DNA of 64,000 nt from Candidatus Curtissbacteria bacterium (GCA_030647775.1 JAUSJC010000010.1:264927-328926), one strand, 5' to 3'; shown: positions 8,221 through 19,325, counted from the stretch's first letter. Notes: generated by a model from the letters alone, not told the origin. Translations and numbers: made by a program.

Positions 8221-8295
8221 GCCTTTACGAAGACCGATTATACGTGGGTTCAGGATTTGACATTATATAGCCGGATATAGTTTGCTGAATTTAGA

Positions 8296-10794
8296 TTGAA
8301 ATTTTTAAAACTTCTAATCTGCCCGATTTTTTTCTTAGCTATTTCGATAGTTATCTCTCCTAAGGAAATTTTTGCGTCAACAGAATTCAAACCGCAACTT
8401 TCCTGGCAAAGAAGCGCTGAAGCCCCGGATAGAATTGTTACGGAGACAAGTATTGGCTCAAAAGTAAACGATGCGCTTTCTCTTCCGCTTGATCCAAGCC
8501 AGGCAGTTTTTGATAATGGAGACTTTACTCCTCTGGCAAATAAAAATGTTGTCGCTTCAGGCATAAATTGGGCTTCCTGGAAACAATATTCGTCGCCGGC
8601 GCCAAATCAATGCGGAAATGTATTCGAGCTAAGACATCTCCAGGCCAAATTTAATTTATCTCAAGACTTCAACATTGCAAATGTTGACAAAGTGAAAATT
8701 GTCAGTCCCTACTATCCAAACGACCTTCTGCCAATAAACGATAATGCTTACATTTATCTCAATGGGAATTTCATCAAACGAGTCGGAACAAGCTATGGAG
8801 CGAGTAATTTTGGGATGAATGGTACTGCACCTTACGCAAACGAAACAGATGGTTGGGCAGGTAATGGCGATTTAGGACAAACAGCTTCTCAATATCTCCA
8901 TTCAGGACAAAACATTATTGATATAGTTGCCGGCGAATTTTGCCTTTGGGGTGGTATGGGGGAACTGGAATTAATACTCCAACTAAAAGCCCCCCTCGGC
9001 CCAACACCATTTCTAGACTTGCCATGGGATTATCAAAGCCAAGGTCAAAGTTTTCAAAATGCCGCAATGGATATTTATTCCTTTTTTGATCATAAGTATC
9101 CTTTAATCTTTACAGAACCGGGAGATGCAAAAGGGAAAATAGTAACTTACACCGGAGTCGAGGAGAGTGATCAAGTGAAACGTTACTCTGGCCACAACGG
9201 TTATGATTATCCTTTGCCAAATGGCACACCGGTTCTCGCAGCAGCAGGCGGTACTGCTTCATATAAATACGATATCGATGGCGGTGAAACTATTATCGTT
9301 TACCATGAGAGTGGCTTCTTTACTTGGTATATGCATCTCCAGAAAGGCACAACAATCACAAATGAACCAGGAAAGACAGTGAATGTTGTTAAAGGCCAAC
9401 AGATAGCTTTATCTGGTAATACTGGTAGTAATACAACCGGTCCTCACCTACATATTTCAGTGATCAAAGATTTAAATAGTAATGGAGTACTGGATTTCGA
9501 CACTGATCACCCTAATGGTTTAATTGATCCTTATGGTTGGGAAGGTGATGGTAATAATGGCACCATAAAAGATGACCCTTGGCCACTTTTTGGCGGCATA
9601 AAAAGCAGTTACCTTTGGATTAAACCTCTAGACCCGACAACTGGTCCAATTTCACAATCTGGGGGTGAGCTAACTGGGGGACAAGCAAAAGTAATTTTTC
9701 CGGAAGATTCTACAAGACCCAATCTTAATCTTAATATTTATGAGCAGCCAGCTTTTAATGCTTCATCAATTCTAAAAGGGATAAGTCACACATTTAACAT
9801 TAAAGTCGTCGATGTTATTGGAAACCTAATCACCAATTTCAATAAACCGTATAAACTAATCATAGACTACAGCAATTTTGACTTGGTAAATATCATTGAA
9901 AACACCCTTTCAATTTACTGGTTTAACCCCATAAGCCAAAACTGGGAAAAAGTGCCTACTGATCTGTCCAATAAAACCGCATCAGCAGAACTTAACCATG
10001 CCTCACTTTTTATCTTGATGGGTGAGGTTAAAGATCTAACACCCCCTACTACAACAATAAATTTGAGGGGTGATGAAGGCCAAGATAATTATTTCAGGTC
10101 AGATGTTACAGTCTCCTTAAATGCTTCTGATAATGGCGGAGTTGGTGTCAACGAAACTTATTTCAGTATTGGCAATAATATAGATTGGCAACTCTACACC
10201 CAGCCACTCAATTTTACCCAAGAAGGGATTTACACAATATTTGTACACTCAATTGATAAAGGCAGAAATGTTGAAACACCACATTCAATAACATTTCATA
10301 TTGATAAAACCCCGCCGGAAGCGAAAATATTTATAGATCAGGACAAACAAGATTTGGTCATTGCCGGCATAGATGCAAATCAAACAACAGTAACAAGAGC
10401 AGACAACCCAACAACCCAAAAGAAAGACGATGCCGTTTATACAATCACGGATATTGCAGGTAACACCCTAAAGCTAGATGTCCGTGAGCGTGACAAAGAA
10501 AAACAAGACAGATTTAAAATCTTCTCCGCACAATACAACAATGATCCACCCATTTTAGAACCGAGTAATCATTTCAATGTTTTATATCAAGGCAAAAAAG
10601 ACAAACTAAATGTTAAGGAGCAAAACTTTGAGATAAAAGACGAAGTAAAAATACGAATTCAATACAATCAAAAGAAAAACCAAAGCACTATTATTACAAA
10701 ACAAAATGGTCAGGAAAGAATTAAAGAAATAAAACCGGGCCTAGTTCTGTTGCAACTAACAACCAATAAAGGTAATCTAGAATATAGCTACTAA
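8296..10794 (+). CDS. Secreted multidomain protein with canonical M23 peptidase and Ig-like domains
   Basis: Signal peptide; HNGYD, YMHL, SGNTG..TTGPHLH; D.TPP-bounded Ig-like modules. Confidence 0.8.
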   Translation: MKFLKLLICPIFFLAISIVISPKEIFASTEFKPQLSWQRSAEAPDRIVTETSIGSKVNDALSLPLDPSQAVFDNGDFTPLANKNVVASGINWASWKQYSSPAPNQCGNVFELRHLQAKFNLSQDFNIANVDKVKIVSPYYPNDLLPINDNAYIYLNGNFIKRVGTSYGASNFGMNGTAPYANETDGWAGNGDLGQTASQYLHSGQNIIDIVAGEFCLWGGMGELELILQLKAPLGPTPFLDLPWDYQSQGQSFQNAAMDIYSFFDHKYPLIFTEPGDAKGKIVTYTGVEESDQVKRYSGHNGYDYPLPNGTPVLAAAGGTASYKYDIDGGETIIVYHESGFFTWYMHLQKGTTITNEPGKTVNVVKGQQIALSGNTGSNTTGPHLHISVIKDLNSNGVLDFDTDHPNGLIDPYGWEGDGNNGTIKDDPWPLFGGIKSSYLWIKPLDPTTGPISQSGGELTGGQAKVIFPEDSTRPNLNLNIYEQPAFNASSILKGISHTFNIKVVDVIGNLITNFNKPYKLIIDYSNFDLVNIIENTLSIYWFNPISQNWEKVPTDLSNKTASAELNHASLFILMGEVKDLTPPTTTINLRGDEGQDNYFRSDVTVSLNASDNGGVGVNETYFSIGNNIDWQLYTQPLNFTQEGIYTIFVHSIDKGRNVETPHSITFHIDKTPPEAKIFIDQDKQDLVIAGIDANQTTVTRADNPTTQKKDDAVYTITDIAGNTLKLDVRERDKEKQDRFKIFSAQYNNDPPILEPSNHFNVLYQGKKDKLNVKEQNFEIKDEVKIRIQYNQKKNQSTIITKQNGQERIKEIKPGLVLLQLTTNKGNLEYSY

Positions 10795-11361
10795 ATGAAA
10801 TTTATACTGCCCATTATTCTCGTACTAGTGCTAATCTCTGGCTACTTTATGTTGTCGAAAAACGGCGCTCCTAGCATTGCTCCTAAATCATCTCAAATAC
10901 AATCACCAAACCCCACGAGTCAAGCGGAGTTAACCCCAGTGAGGAGCTATATGAATAGTTCATTAAAACTCTCTCTTAATTATCCAGAAAATTGGCAAAT
11001 TTCAGAATCAGGAACAGACGTAATATTCGCAACAACAAAAGAAAGTTTGGGCAAGGACGAAACAAGGAAAGAGGAACTACGCGTTTTTATTGGAAGGACG
11101 CCTTTGCTTCAGGGTCAAAATTTAGAAAAATATATCTCCGATATCGATAAAAGATCCAAACCAAATATTTTTGACCAAAAAAGTATTTTAGTCGACAGAG
11201 AAAAAGCAATAAGAAGAGTTACCAGTCTAGGTAATTACGAAGCAATAGTTATTTATGTACAATCTGGAACGAAAATATATACAATATCTGCAACTCCCGC
11301 AGATTCTACGTTTATGCCAGCTTTTGACCAAATGCTCCAAAGTTTTAAATTCCTACCTTGA
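10795..11361 (+). CDS. Membrane-anchored PsbP/Mog1-like protein
   Basis: N-terminal TM, Y.N....SLNYPENW and FDQMLQSFKF motifs. Confidence 0.6.
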   Translation: MKFILPIILVLVLISGYFMLSKNGAPSIAPKSSQIQSPNPTSQAELTPVRSYMNSSLKLSLNYPENWQISESGTDVIFATTKESLGKDETRKEELRVFIGRTPLLQGQNLEKYISDIDKRSKPNIFDQKSILVDREKAIRRVTSLGNYEAIVIYVQSGTKIYTISATPADSTFMPAFDQMLQSFKFLP

Positions 11362-11455
11362 CCAAATCGCCCAATCCTTCCGCTACACGCCGTAGCTTTC
11401 TAGTGCCTATACTTGTTGCTTATTTTGCTGTGTAATATAATTACCAAATCAATAT

Positions 11456-12208
11456 ATGAAAGGCGTAATTTTAGCCGGCGGTCTTGGTACCCGCCTTTAT
11501 CCCTTAACCCACGCGACCAATAAACATCTACTTCCGGTTTTTGATAAGCCGATGATCTATTACCCCATAAAGACGCTTGTTGATGCCGGCATTGATGAGA
11601 TTTTAATTATTGTCGGCGGCCCCCACGCCGGAGATTTTATTAGGGTTCTTAAAAACGGTCAGGATTTCGGCGTCAAACATCTGGAATATGCTTATCAGGA
11701 TTCCGGTGACGGGGGAATAGCCGATGCTCTCCGCCTGGCACGTGATTTTGCGGACCATGATTCAGTTACCGTAATCCTTGGAGATAATTGTACCGATGCG
11801 GATATCGGAAAGGAAGTTAAAAATTTTAAAGAAGGCGCAGTTATTTTCTTAAAAGAAGTTCCGGATCCCGAGCGTTTTGGAATTGTCGAGCTTGACCCAA
11901 AGGACAAAACAAGGGTGGTTGATATTGCCGAGAAACCCCAGAAACCAAAAACAAATTTAGCTGTTACCGGTCTATATATTTACGACAGCAATGTCTTTCA
12001 TCATATAGAAACGATTAAACCTTCTGCCCGCGGACAATTGGAAATTACGGATGTAAACAATATTTATGTCAAAGAAGGCAATTTGCGCTGGGCGCCGCTT
12101 TCCGGCTTTTGGTCAGACGCCGGAACGTTTGAAAGTCTTTATCGGACTAGTGTTTATTGGGCAAGGAAAAACCTCGGCAAAGAAGAAAAAGAACTAACAA
12201 CCTTCTAA
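11456..12208 (+). CDS. rmlA: Glucose-1-phosphate thymidylyltransferase (short RmlA/SpsI type)
   Basis: LAGGLGTRLYPLT, KPMIYYP, EKP, SARGQLEITD, WSDAGT. Confidence 0.9.
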   Translation: MKGVILAGGLGTRLYPLTHATNKHLLPVFDKPMIYYPIKTLVDAGIDEILIIVGGPHAGDFIRVLKNGQDFGVKHLEYAYQDSGDGGIADALRLARDFADHDSVTVILGDNCTDADIGKEVKNFKEGAVIFLKEVPDPERFGIVELDPKDKTRVVDIAEKPQKPKTNLAVTGLYIYDSNVFHHIETIKPSARGQLEITDVNNIYVKEGNLRWAPLSGFWSDAGTFESLYRTSVYWARKNLGKEEKELTTF

Positions 12209-12209
12209 T

Positions 12210-12344
12210 ATGAAACTCCTTATTACCGGTGGCGCCGGATTCTTAGAGTATGGAGTTACTCTGGGTTTTGAAAAAATACCTAGAGTAACGCAACACTCGC
12301 AAAACGGAGGAATCAACCAAATGCTTGTAGACAAATCAAAATAA
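12210..12344 (+). pseudogene. Orphan 5' fragment of an SDR epimerase/dehydratase gene fused to a hairpin
   Basis: Translates MKLLITGGAGF then unrelated residues, stop at 12344; hairpin 12255-12289. Confidence 0.8.
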
Positions 12345-12351
12345 ACAATTC

Positions 12352-13365
12352 ATGAGTAAGATTTTAGTAACAGGCGGCGCCGGCTTTATCGGAAGCAACT
12401 TTATCTACTATTGGTTAAAAAATCATTCCCAAGACCAAGTAATTAACTACGATAAACTTACCTATTCGGGAAATTTAGAAAATCTCAAAAGCATAGAGTC
12501 AAACAAAAATTATTCTTTTATCCACAGTGATATTGCCGATGCTAAAAAAATTGGGGATGCGCTAAAAGGAGTCGATACTGTTGTAAACTTTGCCGCCGAA
12601 AGCCACGTTGATAGGTCAATTCTCGATCCGGCATCATTTATCCTGACCAATGTTGTTGGTACGCAAGTTCTTCTTGATGCCGCCCGCGATGCAAAAATTA
12701 AAAGGTTTCATCACATCTCAACCGATGAGGTCTTTGGGTCTCTTGATCTTGACTCAAAAGAGAAATTCACGGAAACCACCCCTTATAATCCGAGAAGCCC
12801 ATATGCCGCTTCCAAAGCCGCCTCCGACCATCTCGTCCGTGCCTACTTTCATACTTATGATTTACCAATTACTATCTCCAATTGCGCCAACAACTTTGGC
12901 CCTTACCACTTTCCGGAAAAACTAATCCCCCTTGCCATTACCAATATCCTGGAAGGCAAAAAAGTGCCGGTTTATGGCGACGGCCTTTATGTCCGCGAAT
13001 GGCTGTATGTCGAAGATCATTGTTCCGGTATCGAAAAAGTCTTGGAAAATGGGAAAATCGGCGAGACTTATCTTATCGGTATAGACATGGATATCCCCAA
13101 TATTGAAGTCATCAAAAAAATCCTGCGGCTCCTGTCAGCCAGTGATGATCTAATCGAATACGTTAAAGATCGCCCCGGCCATGACCGCCGGTACGCAATC
13201 GACTCGGCAAAAATCCGAAAAGAACTTGGTTGGGAACCAAAGTACGATTTTGACGAAGCTCTGGCCCTTACCGTAAAGTGGTATCAGGATAATCAAAATT
13301 GGTGGAAGAAACTCAAGGACAAAAGTTATAATGATTATTACAAGAAGCAGTATATAAAAAGATAA
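12352..13365 (+). CDS. rmlB: dTDP-glucose 4,6-dehydratase
   Basis: AAESHVDRSI, ISTDEV, YAASK, FPEKLIP, DRPGHDRRY. Confidence 0.96.
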   Translation: MSKILVTGGAGFIGSNFIYYWLKNHSQDQVINYDKLTYSGNLENLKSIESNKNYSFIHSDIADAKKIGDALKGVDTVVNFAAESHVDRSILDPASFILTNVVGTQVLLDAARDAKIKRFHHISTDEVFGSLDLDSKEKFTETTPYNPRSPYAASKAASDHLVRAYFHTYDLPITISNCANNFGPYHFPEKLIPLAITNILEGKKVPVYGDGLYVREWLYVEDHCSGIEKVLENGKIGETYLIGIDMDIPNIEVIKKILRLLSASDDLIEYVKDRPGHDRRYAIDSAKIRKELGWEPKYDFDEALALTVKWYQDNQNWWKKLKDKSYNDYYKKQYIKR

Positions 13366-13904
13366 TGAACTACCAATACCTCAATTTAGAAAACCGGAAA
13401 GATTTAATCGACGGTGTGATTGTCCGCAAGCTAATAATCCATAAAGATGAATCAGGCAGTTTAGTTGAAACCTTAAGACGCGATTGGCAGGATGTTTTTA
13501 ATGACACGAATCTTTCGTTTGCCATGCAATATATGTCTATTACGCCGTCCGGCATTGCGCGCGACGAAGACAAATGGCACGTCCACAAATTTCAAAAAGA
13601 CCGTTTCATCTGTACTTCCGGGAAAATTGTAACCGCTATTTTCGATCCCCGCGAAGGATCCAAAACAAATGGAAAATTAAATCTTTTTGCAATGAGTCCG
13701 AGTAAAGTTGAAGAAATGTATATGGTTGTAATTCCCGAAAATACTTATCATGGTTTTATGGTTGTTTCCAAAGAACCGGCCCATCTTTTAAATTTTCCAA
13801 CCCAACTTTACAATACTGAAGATGAAGGTCGTATTCCAAATACCCAATTCTCTTGGGTAAAAGCCCGGGAAGATTTTGGGCTGCCATCTCTTTCCCTAAA
13901 ATAA
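13365..13904 (+). CDS. rmlC: RmlC-like cupin (dTDP-sugar 3,5-epimerase family)
   Basis: Position between rmlB and rmlD; D.R.GSKT and IP...YHGF motifs; divergent active-site region. Confidence 0.65.
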   Translation: MNYQYLNLENRKDLIDGVIVRKLIIHKDESGSLVETLRRDWQDVFNDTNLSFAMQYMSITPSGIARDEDKWHVHKFQKDRFICTSGKIVTAIFDPREGSKTNGKLNLFAMSPSKVEEMYMVVIPENTYHGFMVVSKEPAHLLNFPTQLYNTEDEGRIPNTQFSWVKAREDFGLPSLSLK

Positions 13905-14812
13905 TGATTAAAACTAAAATAGCAGTAATTGGTGCGTCGTCAATGGTTGGTTCACGTTTTTATGAACTGGCGGAAGACGATTTTGATTTAATAAAAGCAG
14001 ACTTAAATGGGGAAAACCCTATTGATATAACCAACTCAAAATCGGTAGAAGATTTCTTTCAAAATCATGGTTTTGATTTGGCTATTCTTTTTTCGGCTTA
14101 TACCGATGTCGAAGGGGCCCAAAAACAAAAAGGTGATAAAAATGGTCCCTGTTGGCAAATTAATGTCGAAGGCACCAAAAATGTCGCAGGTGCCTGCCGA
14201 AAATTTCATAAGAGACTAATTTTCGTTTCAACCGATTTTGTTTTTGATGGAGTCGAGGGGCCATCGGCAGAAGACAAGCCAACCCAAAAAGATTATGAGA
14301 AAATTTCTTGGTATGGCGCCTCAAAAGTTGAAGCGGAAAAAATTATTCAGGAAATATTGCCCGAGTCAGTAATCCTAAGGATCGCCTACCCGTACCGCAG
14401 CCGGTACGAGGCCAAAGATGATATTGCCAAAAGGTATCTTAAACTTTACAGGGATCAAAAAATGTATCCGGTTTTTACCGATCAATTAATTACACCGACT
14501 TTTATAGACGATTTGGCTCCGGCGATTAAACTACTGGTTGAAAAAGGTGTAAATGGTATATTCCACGTTGCTAGCCCGAAAGTTGTGACACAATACAATT
14601 TTGCCAAAAAGACCATAGAAGTTTTCGGTGGCGACCCCAACACTATCCCTAAAGGTTCAATCTTGGAGTTTTTAAAAAATCCCGAAGTAACCCCGCGTCC
14701 GATAAATGGCGGCCTAAAAACAGAAAAAATTCAGGCTCTTGGCTTTACTCCCACCAGTTGGGATAAGGGTATTGAAATAATAAACGGACAGTCAAAAGGT
14801 AAATTGATTTAA
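13904..14812 (+). CDS. rmlD: dTDP-4-dehydrorhamnose reductase
   Basis: AYTDV, VSTDFVFDG, YGASK, DQ.ITPT; ATG overlaps the upstream stop (TAATG). Confidence 0.88.
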   Translation: MIKTKIAVIGASSMVGSRFYELAEDDFDLIKADLNGENPIDITNSKSVEDFFQNHGFDLAILFSAYTDVEGAQKQKGDKNGPCWQINVEGTKNVAGACRKFHKRLIFVSTDFVFDGVEGPSAEDKPTQKDYEKISWYGASKVEAEKIIQEILPESVILRIAYPYRSRYEAKDDIAKRYLKLYRDQKMYPVFTDQLITPTFIDDLAPAIKLLVEKGVNGIFHVASPKVVTQYNFAKKTIEVFGGDPNTIPKGSILEFLKNPEVTPRPINGGLKTEKIQALGFTPTSWDKGIEIINGQSKGKLI

Positions 14813-14866
14813 TTGACCATTTTTAGCTAAAATGTCCTATACCCGATGCCCATCGGGCTAGTTAAT

Positions 14867-16171
14867 ATGACTTTAACAATTGTAGGCGCTGGATATGTTG
14901 GTCTTGTCACCGCTGCCGTTTTTTCCGAACTCGGCAATAAAGTTTATTGCATTGATGTCGACAAGAAAAAAGTCGAAGGCCTTAAAAAAGGTAAAGTACC
15001 GTTTTTTGAACCCTCTCTCGAAGAATTTATCAAAAGGAACACCCAGGCAAAAAGACTTTTCTTTACCGCAAGTTACGCGGAATCGGTTCCCAAATCCCAG
15101 ATTGTTTTTATATGCGTCGGCACCCCTCCCAAAGAAAATGGAGAAGCTAATCTTACTTATCTGTTTTCCGCTGTTGAAGAAACCGCCAAAAACCTTTCAG
15201 GATATACCCTGATTACCATTAAAAGTACCATTCCCATTGGCCACGAAGGTGACTTGGAAGCAATTGTCAAAAAAAATGCCAAAGCCAAGTTTGAATTTGC
15301 CGCCTCGCCGGAATTTTTAAGGGAAGGGACAGCCCTGGAAGACACCCTGCATCCGGACAGGATTGTCATTGGCACTGCCAGCACCAAGGCCCAAAAACTG
15401 CTTTTAGAGCTGCATGCTCCCATTTCCGGGGAAAGAATCATTTGTGATATAAGATCCGCCCAGCTTATAAAATATGCTTCAAATTCACTTTTAGCAACGA
15501 AGGTTTCCTTTGCAAATGCCCTTGCCACCCTGTGTGAAAAAATGGGAGCAGATGTTAAAAAAGTCTTATTGGGAGTAGGAGCCGACAAGCGCATCGGCCA
15601 TTCTTTTCTTTATCCGGGCGTAGGCTATGGTGGCTCTTGCCTCCCCAAAGATGTCTTGGCTTTTATTGCTCTTTCTTCTCATTTTGGTTACGACTTTGAA
15701 CTAATCCGTGCCGTTGATGCCATCAATAATAACCAAATTGAATCTTTTATAGTCAAAATCCAAAATGCTCTTAAAGCAGGAGGCAAAAACGGTAAAACCA
15801 CGGCGGGTAAAGAATTAGCCGTTTTAGGTTTGGCTTTTAAACCAAATACCGACGACATGCGCGATGCGCCATCGATAAAAATTATTAATCACCTAACTGG
15901 CCTTGGTTACAAAGTTACTGCATACGACCCGCAGGCCATGGAAAATGCCAAAAAGGTTCTCCCTGATATTAAATATGCCAAAGATGAGTATCGGGCGGTC
16001 GATGGTAAAGATGCTATGATAATCATCACGGAGTGGTCACAATTTGCAAACCTTGACATGGATCGCGTTAAAAAGCTTTTAAGACACCCCATTATTATCG
16101 ACGGTCGTAATCTCCTGGATCCTGAAAAAATTCAAAGACTTGGATTTAAATACGTTAGCATCGGCAGATGA
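14867..16171 (+). CDS. ugd: UDP-glucose 6-dehydrogenase
   Basis: GAGYVG, PEFLREG, GYGGSCLPKD, AFKPNTDD.R. Confidence 0.93.
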   Translation: MTLTIVGAGYVGLVTAAVFSELGNKVYCIDVDKKKVEGLKKGKVPFFEPSLEEFIKRNTQAKRLFFTASYAESVPKSQIVFICVGTPPKENGEANLTYLFSAVEETAKNLSGYTLITIKSTIPIGHEGDLEAIVKKNAKAKFEFAASPEFLREGTALEDTLHPDRIVIGTASTKAQKLLLELHAPISGERIICDIRSAQLIKYASNSLLATKVSFANALATLCEKMGADVKKVLLGVGADKRIGHSFLYPGVGYGGSCLPKDVLAFIALSSHFGYDFELIRAVDAINNNQIESFIVKIQNALKAGGKNGKTTAGKELAVLGLAFKPNTDDMRDAPSIKIINHLTGLGYKVTAYDPQAMENAKKVLPDIKYAKDEYRAVDGKDAMIIITEWSQFANLDMDRVKKLLRHPIIIDGRNLLDPEKIQRLGFKYVSIGR

Positions 16172-17157
16172 AAAAAGCCCTAAATTCCGCGCGGAATCAA
16201 GGTTCTTCGAAGAAGGTTCTTATTACCGGAGTTGCCGGTTTTGTCGGCAGCCATCTTACAAAATATTTAATCGCCCAAAATTTCAAAGTAGTCGGTTTCT
16301 TTCACCCCCTGCATTCAACCGAAAATATAAGTTCTCTAAAAGACAAATTAGAGCTTGTGGCATGTGACATCCTAAACTATAAGCAGGTAGAAGAGGAAAT
16401 TGCGGGGATAAAACCGGATTATGTTTTCCATCTTGCCGCATTTTCCTCGCCTTCGCAAAGTCTTCAAAATCCCCGCCAGACCTTGGAAAATAATATTTTC
16501 GGCCAGATCAACATACTAGATTCACTTGTAAAAATAAAATCCAATGCCAAAATTTTAATTGTCGGATCAGCTGACGAATATGGAAACGTGGATAAAAAAG
16601 ATTTACCCGTCAAGGAAGATCATCCGCTCTCTCCCGGTTCGCCATATGCCGTTTCAAAGGTTGCACAAGACATGCTTGGTTATCAGTACTTTTTAAATTA
16701 CGGGTTAAACATCGTTAGGGTTAGACCCTCAAACCATATCGGCCCCCGCCAGGCACCGGTCTTTGTTGTGTCGGCATTTGCTTCTCAGATAGCCGTGCTG
16801 GAAAAACAAGGAGGAGGCATTATGAAAGTTGGCAATCTTGAGAGTGAGCGTGATTTTACTGATGTGGGGGATATGGTAAAAGCTTATTTACTGGCTCTTG
16901 ATAGGGGCAAAATCGGAGAAGTCTACAATATCGGTTCGGGGAAAGTAATCAAAATTGGAAAAATATTAGAAATAATGCTTTCGCAAGTGCATGTAAAAAT
17001 AACCCCCCAAAAGGATAATGGACTCTTTCGGCCGACAGAGGTTTTTTATAGTGATCCAACAAAATTTAAAAAACAGACCGGTTGGCAGCCAACTATTCCC
17101 ATCAAGACCACTCTTTTTGATACAATAAACTACGAAAGAGAGAAACTCAAAGTATGA
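16168..17157 (+). CDS. rmd: GDP-4-keto-6-deoxy-D-mannose reductase-like SDR with a 13-aa N-terminal insert
   Basis: [25 protein letters not shown]...RDFTDV; adjacent to gmd. Confidence 0.75.
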   Translation: MKKALNSARNQGSSKKVLITGVAGFVGSHLTKYLIAQNFKVVGFFHPLHSTENISSLKDKLELVACDILNYKQVEEEIAGIKPDYVFHLAAFSSPSQSLQNPRQTLENNIFGQINILDSLVKIKSNAKILIVGSADEYGNVDKKDLPVKEDHPLSPGSPYAVSKVAQDMLGYQYFLNYGLNIVRVRPSNHIGPRQAPVFVVSAFASQIAVLEKQGGGIMKVGNLESERDFTDVGDMVKAYLLALDRGKIGEVYNIGSGKVIKIGKILEIMLSQVHVKITPQKDNGLFRPTEVFYSDPTKFKKQTGWQPTIPIKTTLFDTINYEREKLKV

Positions 17158-18125
17158 AAAGAGTGCTAATCACCGGTATCACTGGACAAGACGGCTCCTA
17201 CCTTGCCGAATTTTTGCTCTCCAAAGGTTATAAGGTTTATGGTCTCACCAGAAGGACATCGACTCCCAATTATGAACGCATCAAACACATCCAGGATCAA
17301 ATTGAACTGCTTCCGGGAGATCTTCTTGACCAGCAGTCGCTAACCTCAGCTGTCGCCAAGGCTAACCCGGACGAAATTTATAACCTCGCCGCCCAAAGTT
17401 TTGTCCAGACGTCATGGTCCCAGCCGGTCTTAACCGGAGAATTTACTGCTCTTGGAGCAACAAGAATGTTGGAAGCCCTAAGACAGGCAAAACCGGGGGC
17501 CAGATTTTATCAGGCTTCTTCATCAGAAATGTTTGGCAAAGCGCACGAAACGCCGCAGAATGAAAATACCCCATTTCACCCAAGAAGCCCCTATGGCGTT
17601 GCCAAAGTCTACGCCCACTGGATTACAATCAACTACAGAGAGTCGTATGACGTTTTTGCTGTTTCCGGGATTCTTTTTAACCATGAATCTCCAAGACGCG
17701 GCTTGGAATTTGTCACCAGGAAAATATCCCACTCCGTTGCCAAAATCCACCTTAAAGAGCAGGACCATATTGTCCTGGGAAACCTTGAGGCAAAACGCGA
17801 TTGGGGTTTTGCCGGCGATTATGTCGAGGCAATGTGGCTAATGCTGCAGCAGTCAAAACCGGATGATTATGTTGTAGCCACAGGTCAAAATCATTCGGTA
17901 AAAGAATTCGTCCAAGAAGCATTTAAGGTGATTGGTATTTCCAATTGGCAAAAATACGTTAAAACCTCGAAAGAATTTGTTCGCCCGGCTGAAGTGGATT
18001 TTTTAATTGGGGACAGTTCTAAAGCAAGAAAGGTTCTTGGATGGAAGCCGAAAGTAAATTTCCGGCAACTCGTAAGAATGATGGTCGAGTCCGATATCAA
18101 GCTTCTTGAGAAAAACCACAGATGA
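17154..18125 (+). CDS. gmd: GDP-mannose 4,6-dehydratase
   Basis: [37 protein letters not shown]. Confidence 0.97.
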   Translation: MKRVLITGITGQDGSYLAEFLLSKGYKVYGLTRRTSTPNYERIKHIQDQIELLPGDLLDQQSLTSAVAKANPDEIYNLAAQSFVQTSWSQPVLTGEFTALGATRMLEALRQAKPGARFYQASSSEMFGKAHETPQNENTPFHPRSPYGVAKVYAHWITINYRESYDVFAVSGILFNHESPRRGLEFVTRKISHSVAKIHLKEQDHIVLGNLEAKRDWGFAGDYVEAMWLMLQQSKPDDYVVATGQNHSVKEFVQEAFKVIGISNWQKYVKTSKEFVRPAEVDFLIGDSSKARKVLGWKPKVNFRQLVRMMVESDIKLLEKNHR

Positions 18126-19324
18126 AACTCGTTGTTAACATCCCAACCTACAATGAAAAAGAAAACATTGAATCCTGCATTAAAAATGTCCTTGCCCAGG
18201 CGAAAAACCTAAAAGGGCTAGATCTCGAGATTTTGGTTTCCGATAGTCATTCACCGGATGGTACGGGCGAAATTGTTAAAAAAATTTCACGAACCAACCC
18301 AAAAGTTCACTATCTGGATGTAAAAGAACGCGGTTTAGGAGTTGGTATCGTCAAGGGCCACAGATACGCTATCGACAAACTAAAAGCGGATATCTTAGCT
18401 CAAATGGATGGGGATCTTTCCCACGATCCGGTGACATTACCGCAAATGATTTCTTTCATAAATCAAGGCTACGATTTAGTCAACGGCTCCAGAATGATAA
18501 AGGGCGGTAAAAATCTTCTTGGGTGGCATCGCAGGCTTTTTACTAGAGGTTCTGCCTTATTTTGCAAATTGAGTTGGGGGACTTTCAAACTCACAGAATA
18601 TACTAATTCATACCGGGTTTTCACGAGAGGACTTTTCCAAAAGATTGATTTTTCCAAAGTCCCATGGAAGTCTAAAACTTATATCATCCAGCCGGCTTTT
18701 TTATATGCGGCAATTGAAGCCGGGGCAAAAATCAAAGAAGTCCCGATTACTTTTCAAGACAGGAAAAAAGGGTATTCAAAAGCCAAGATTGTTGCTTACA
18801 CTTTTGACGTTCTAAGGTTTGGTATTAGGGTCCGTCTGGAAAAATCCGCCACTTTCATTAAGTTCTTGATCGTCGGCACGATGAGTTATTTTGTCAATGC
18901 CGTTTTATTGGGCCTTTTATTTCGCGGCCAAATCTATTCATTAAAAGTTTTACCCGGTCCGATTCTATCTTTTCTTCCCCTCGGTGGAATGGCGGCAAAA
19001 ATTTCTATAATTACTCTAGACCGCCTGTTCATTGCTTCAGTAATCGCCGCGGAAGTTTCAATTATCTTCAACTTTTTTTGGCACGAAAATTGGACTTTTA
19101 AAAACCGTGAGCATAAAGGTTCAATATTCCTGCGGCTTTTTAAATTTAACTCCTCATCGATAATCAGCCCGATTATCCAAGTTGTGAGCATTCAGGTTTT
19201 CTTCCATGTTCTCCACTTGAGTGAGCAAATTGGCCTGGCTGTCGGCGTAATAGTCGGACTGTTCGTAAATTATGCCATCAATATCCTTTGGATTTGGAAA
19301 GCCCATCCCCGGCCCGCTAAATAA
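18122..19324 (+). CDS. Polyprenol-phosphate glycosyltransferase (GT2, Dpm1-like) fused to a GtrA-like domain
   Basis: PTYNE, MDGDLSH, EVPITF.DR..G.SK; C-terminal TMs with NF.WH..WTF. Confidence 0.85.
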   Translation: MKLVVNIPTYNEKENIESCIKNVLAQAKNLKGLDLEILVSDSHSPDGTGEIVKKISRTNPKVHYLDVKERGLGVGIVKGHRYAIDKLKADILAQMDGDLSHDPVTLPQMISFINQGYDLVNGSRMIKGGKNLLGWHRRLFTRGSALFCKLSWGTFKLTEYTNSYRVFTRGLFQKIDFSKVPWKSKTYIIQPAFLYAAIEAGAKIKEVPITFQDRKKGYSKAKIVAYTFDVLRFGIRVRLEKSATFIKFLIVGTMSYFVNAVLLGLLFRGQIYSLKVLPGPILSFLPLGGMAAKISIITLDRLFIASVIAAEVSIIFNFFWHENWTFKNREHKGSIFLRLFKFNSSSIISPIIQVVSIQVFFHVLHLSEQIGLAVGVIVGLFVNYAINILWIWKAHPRPAK

Positions 19325-19325
19325 A

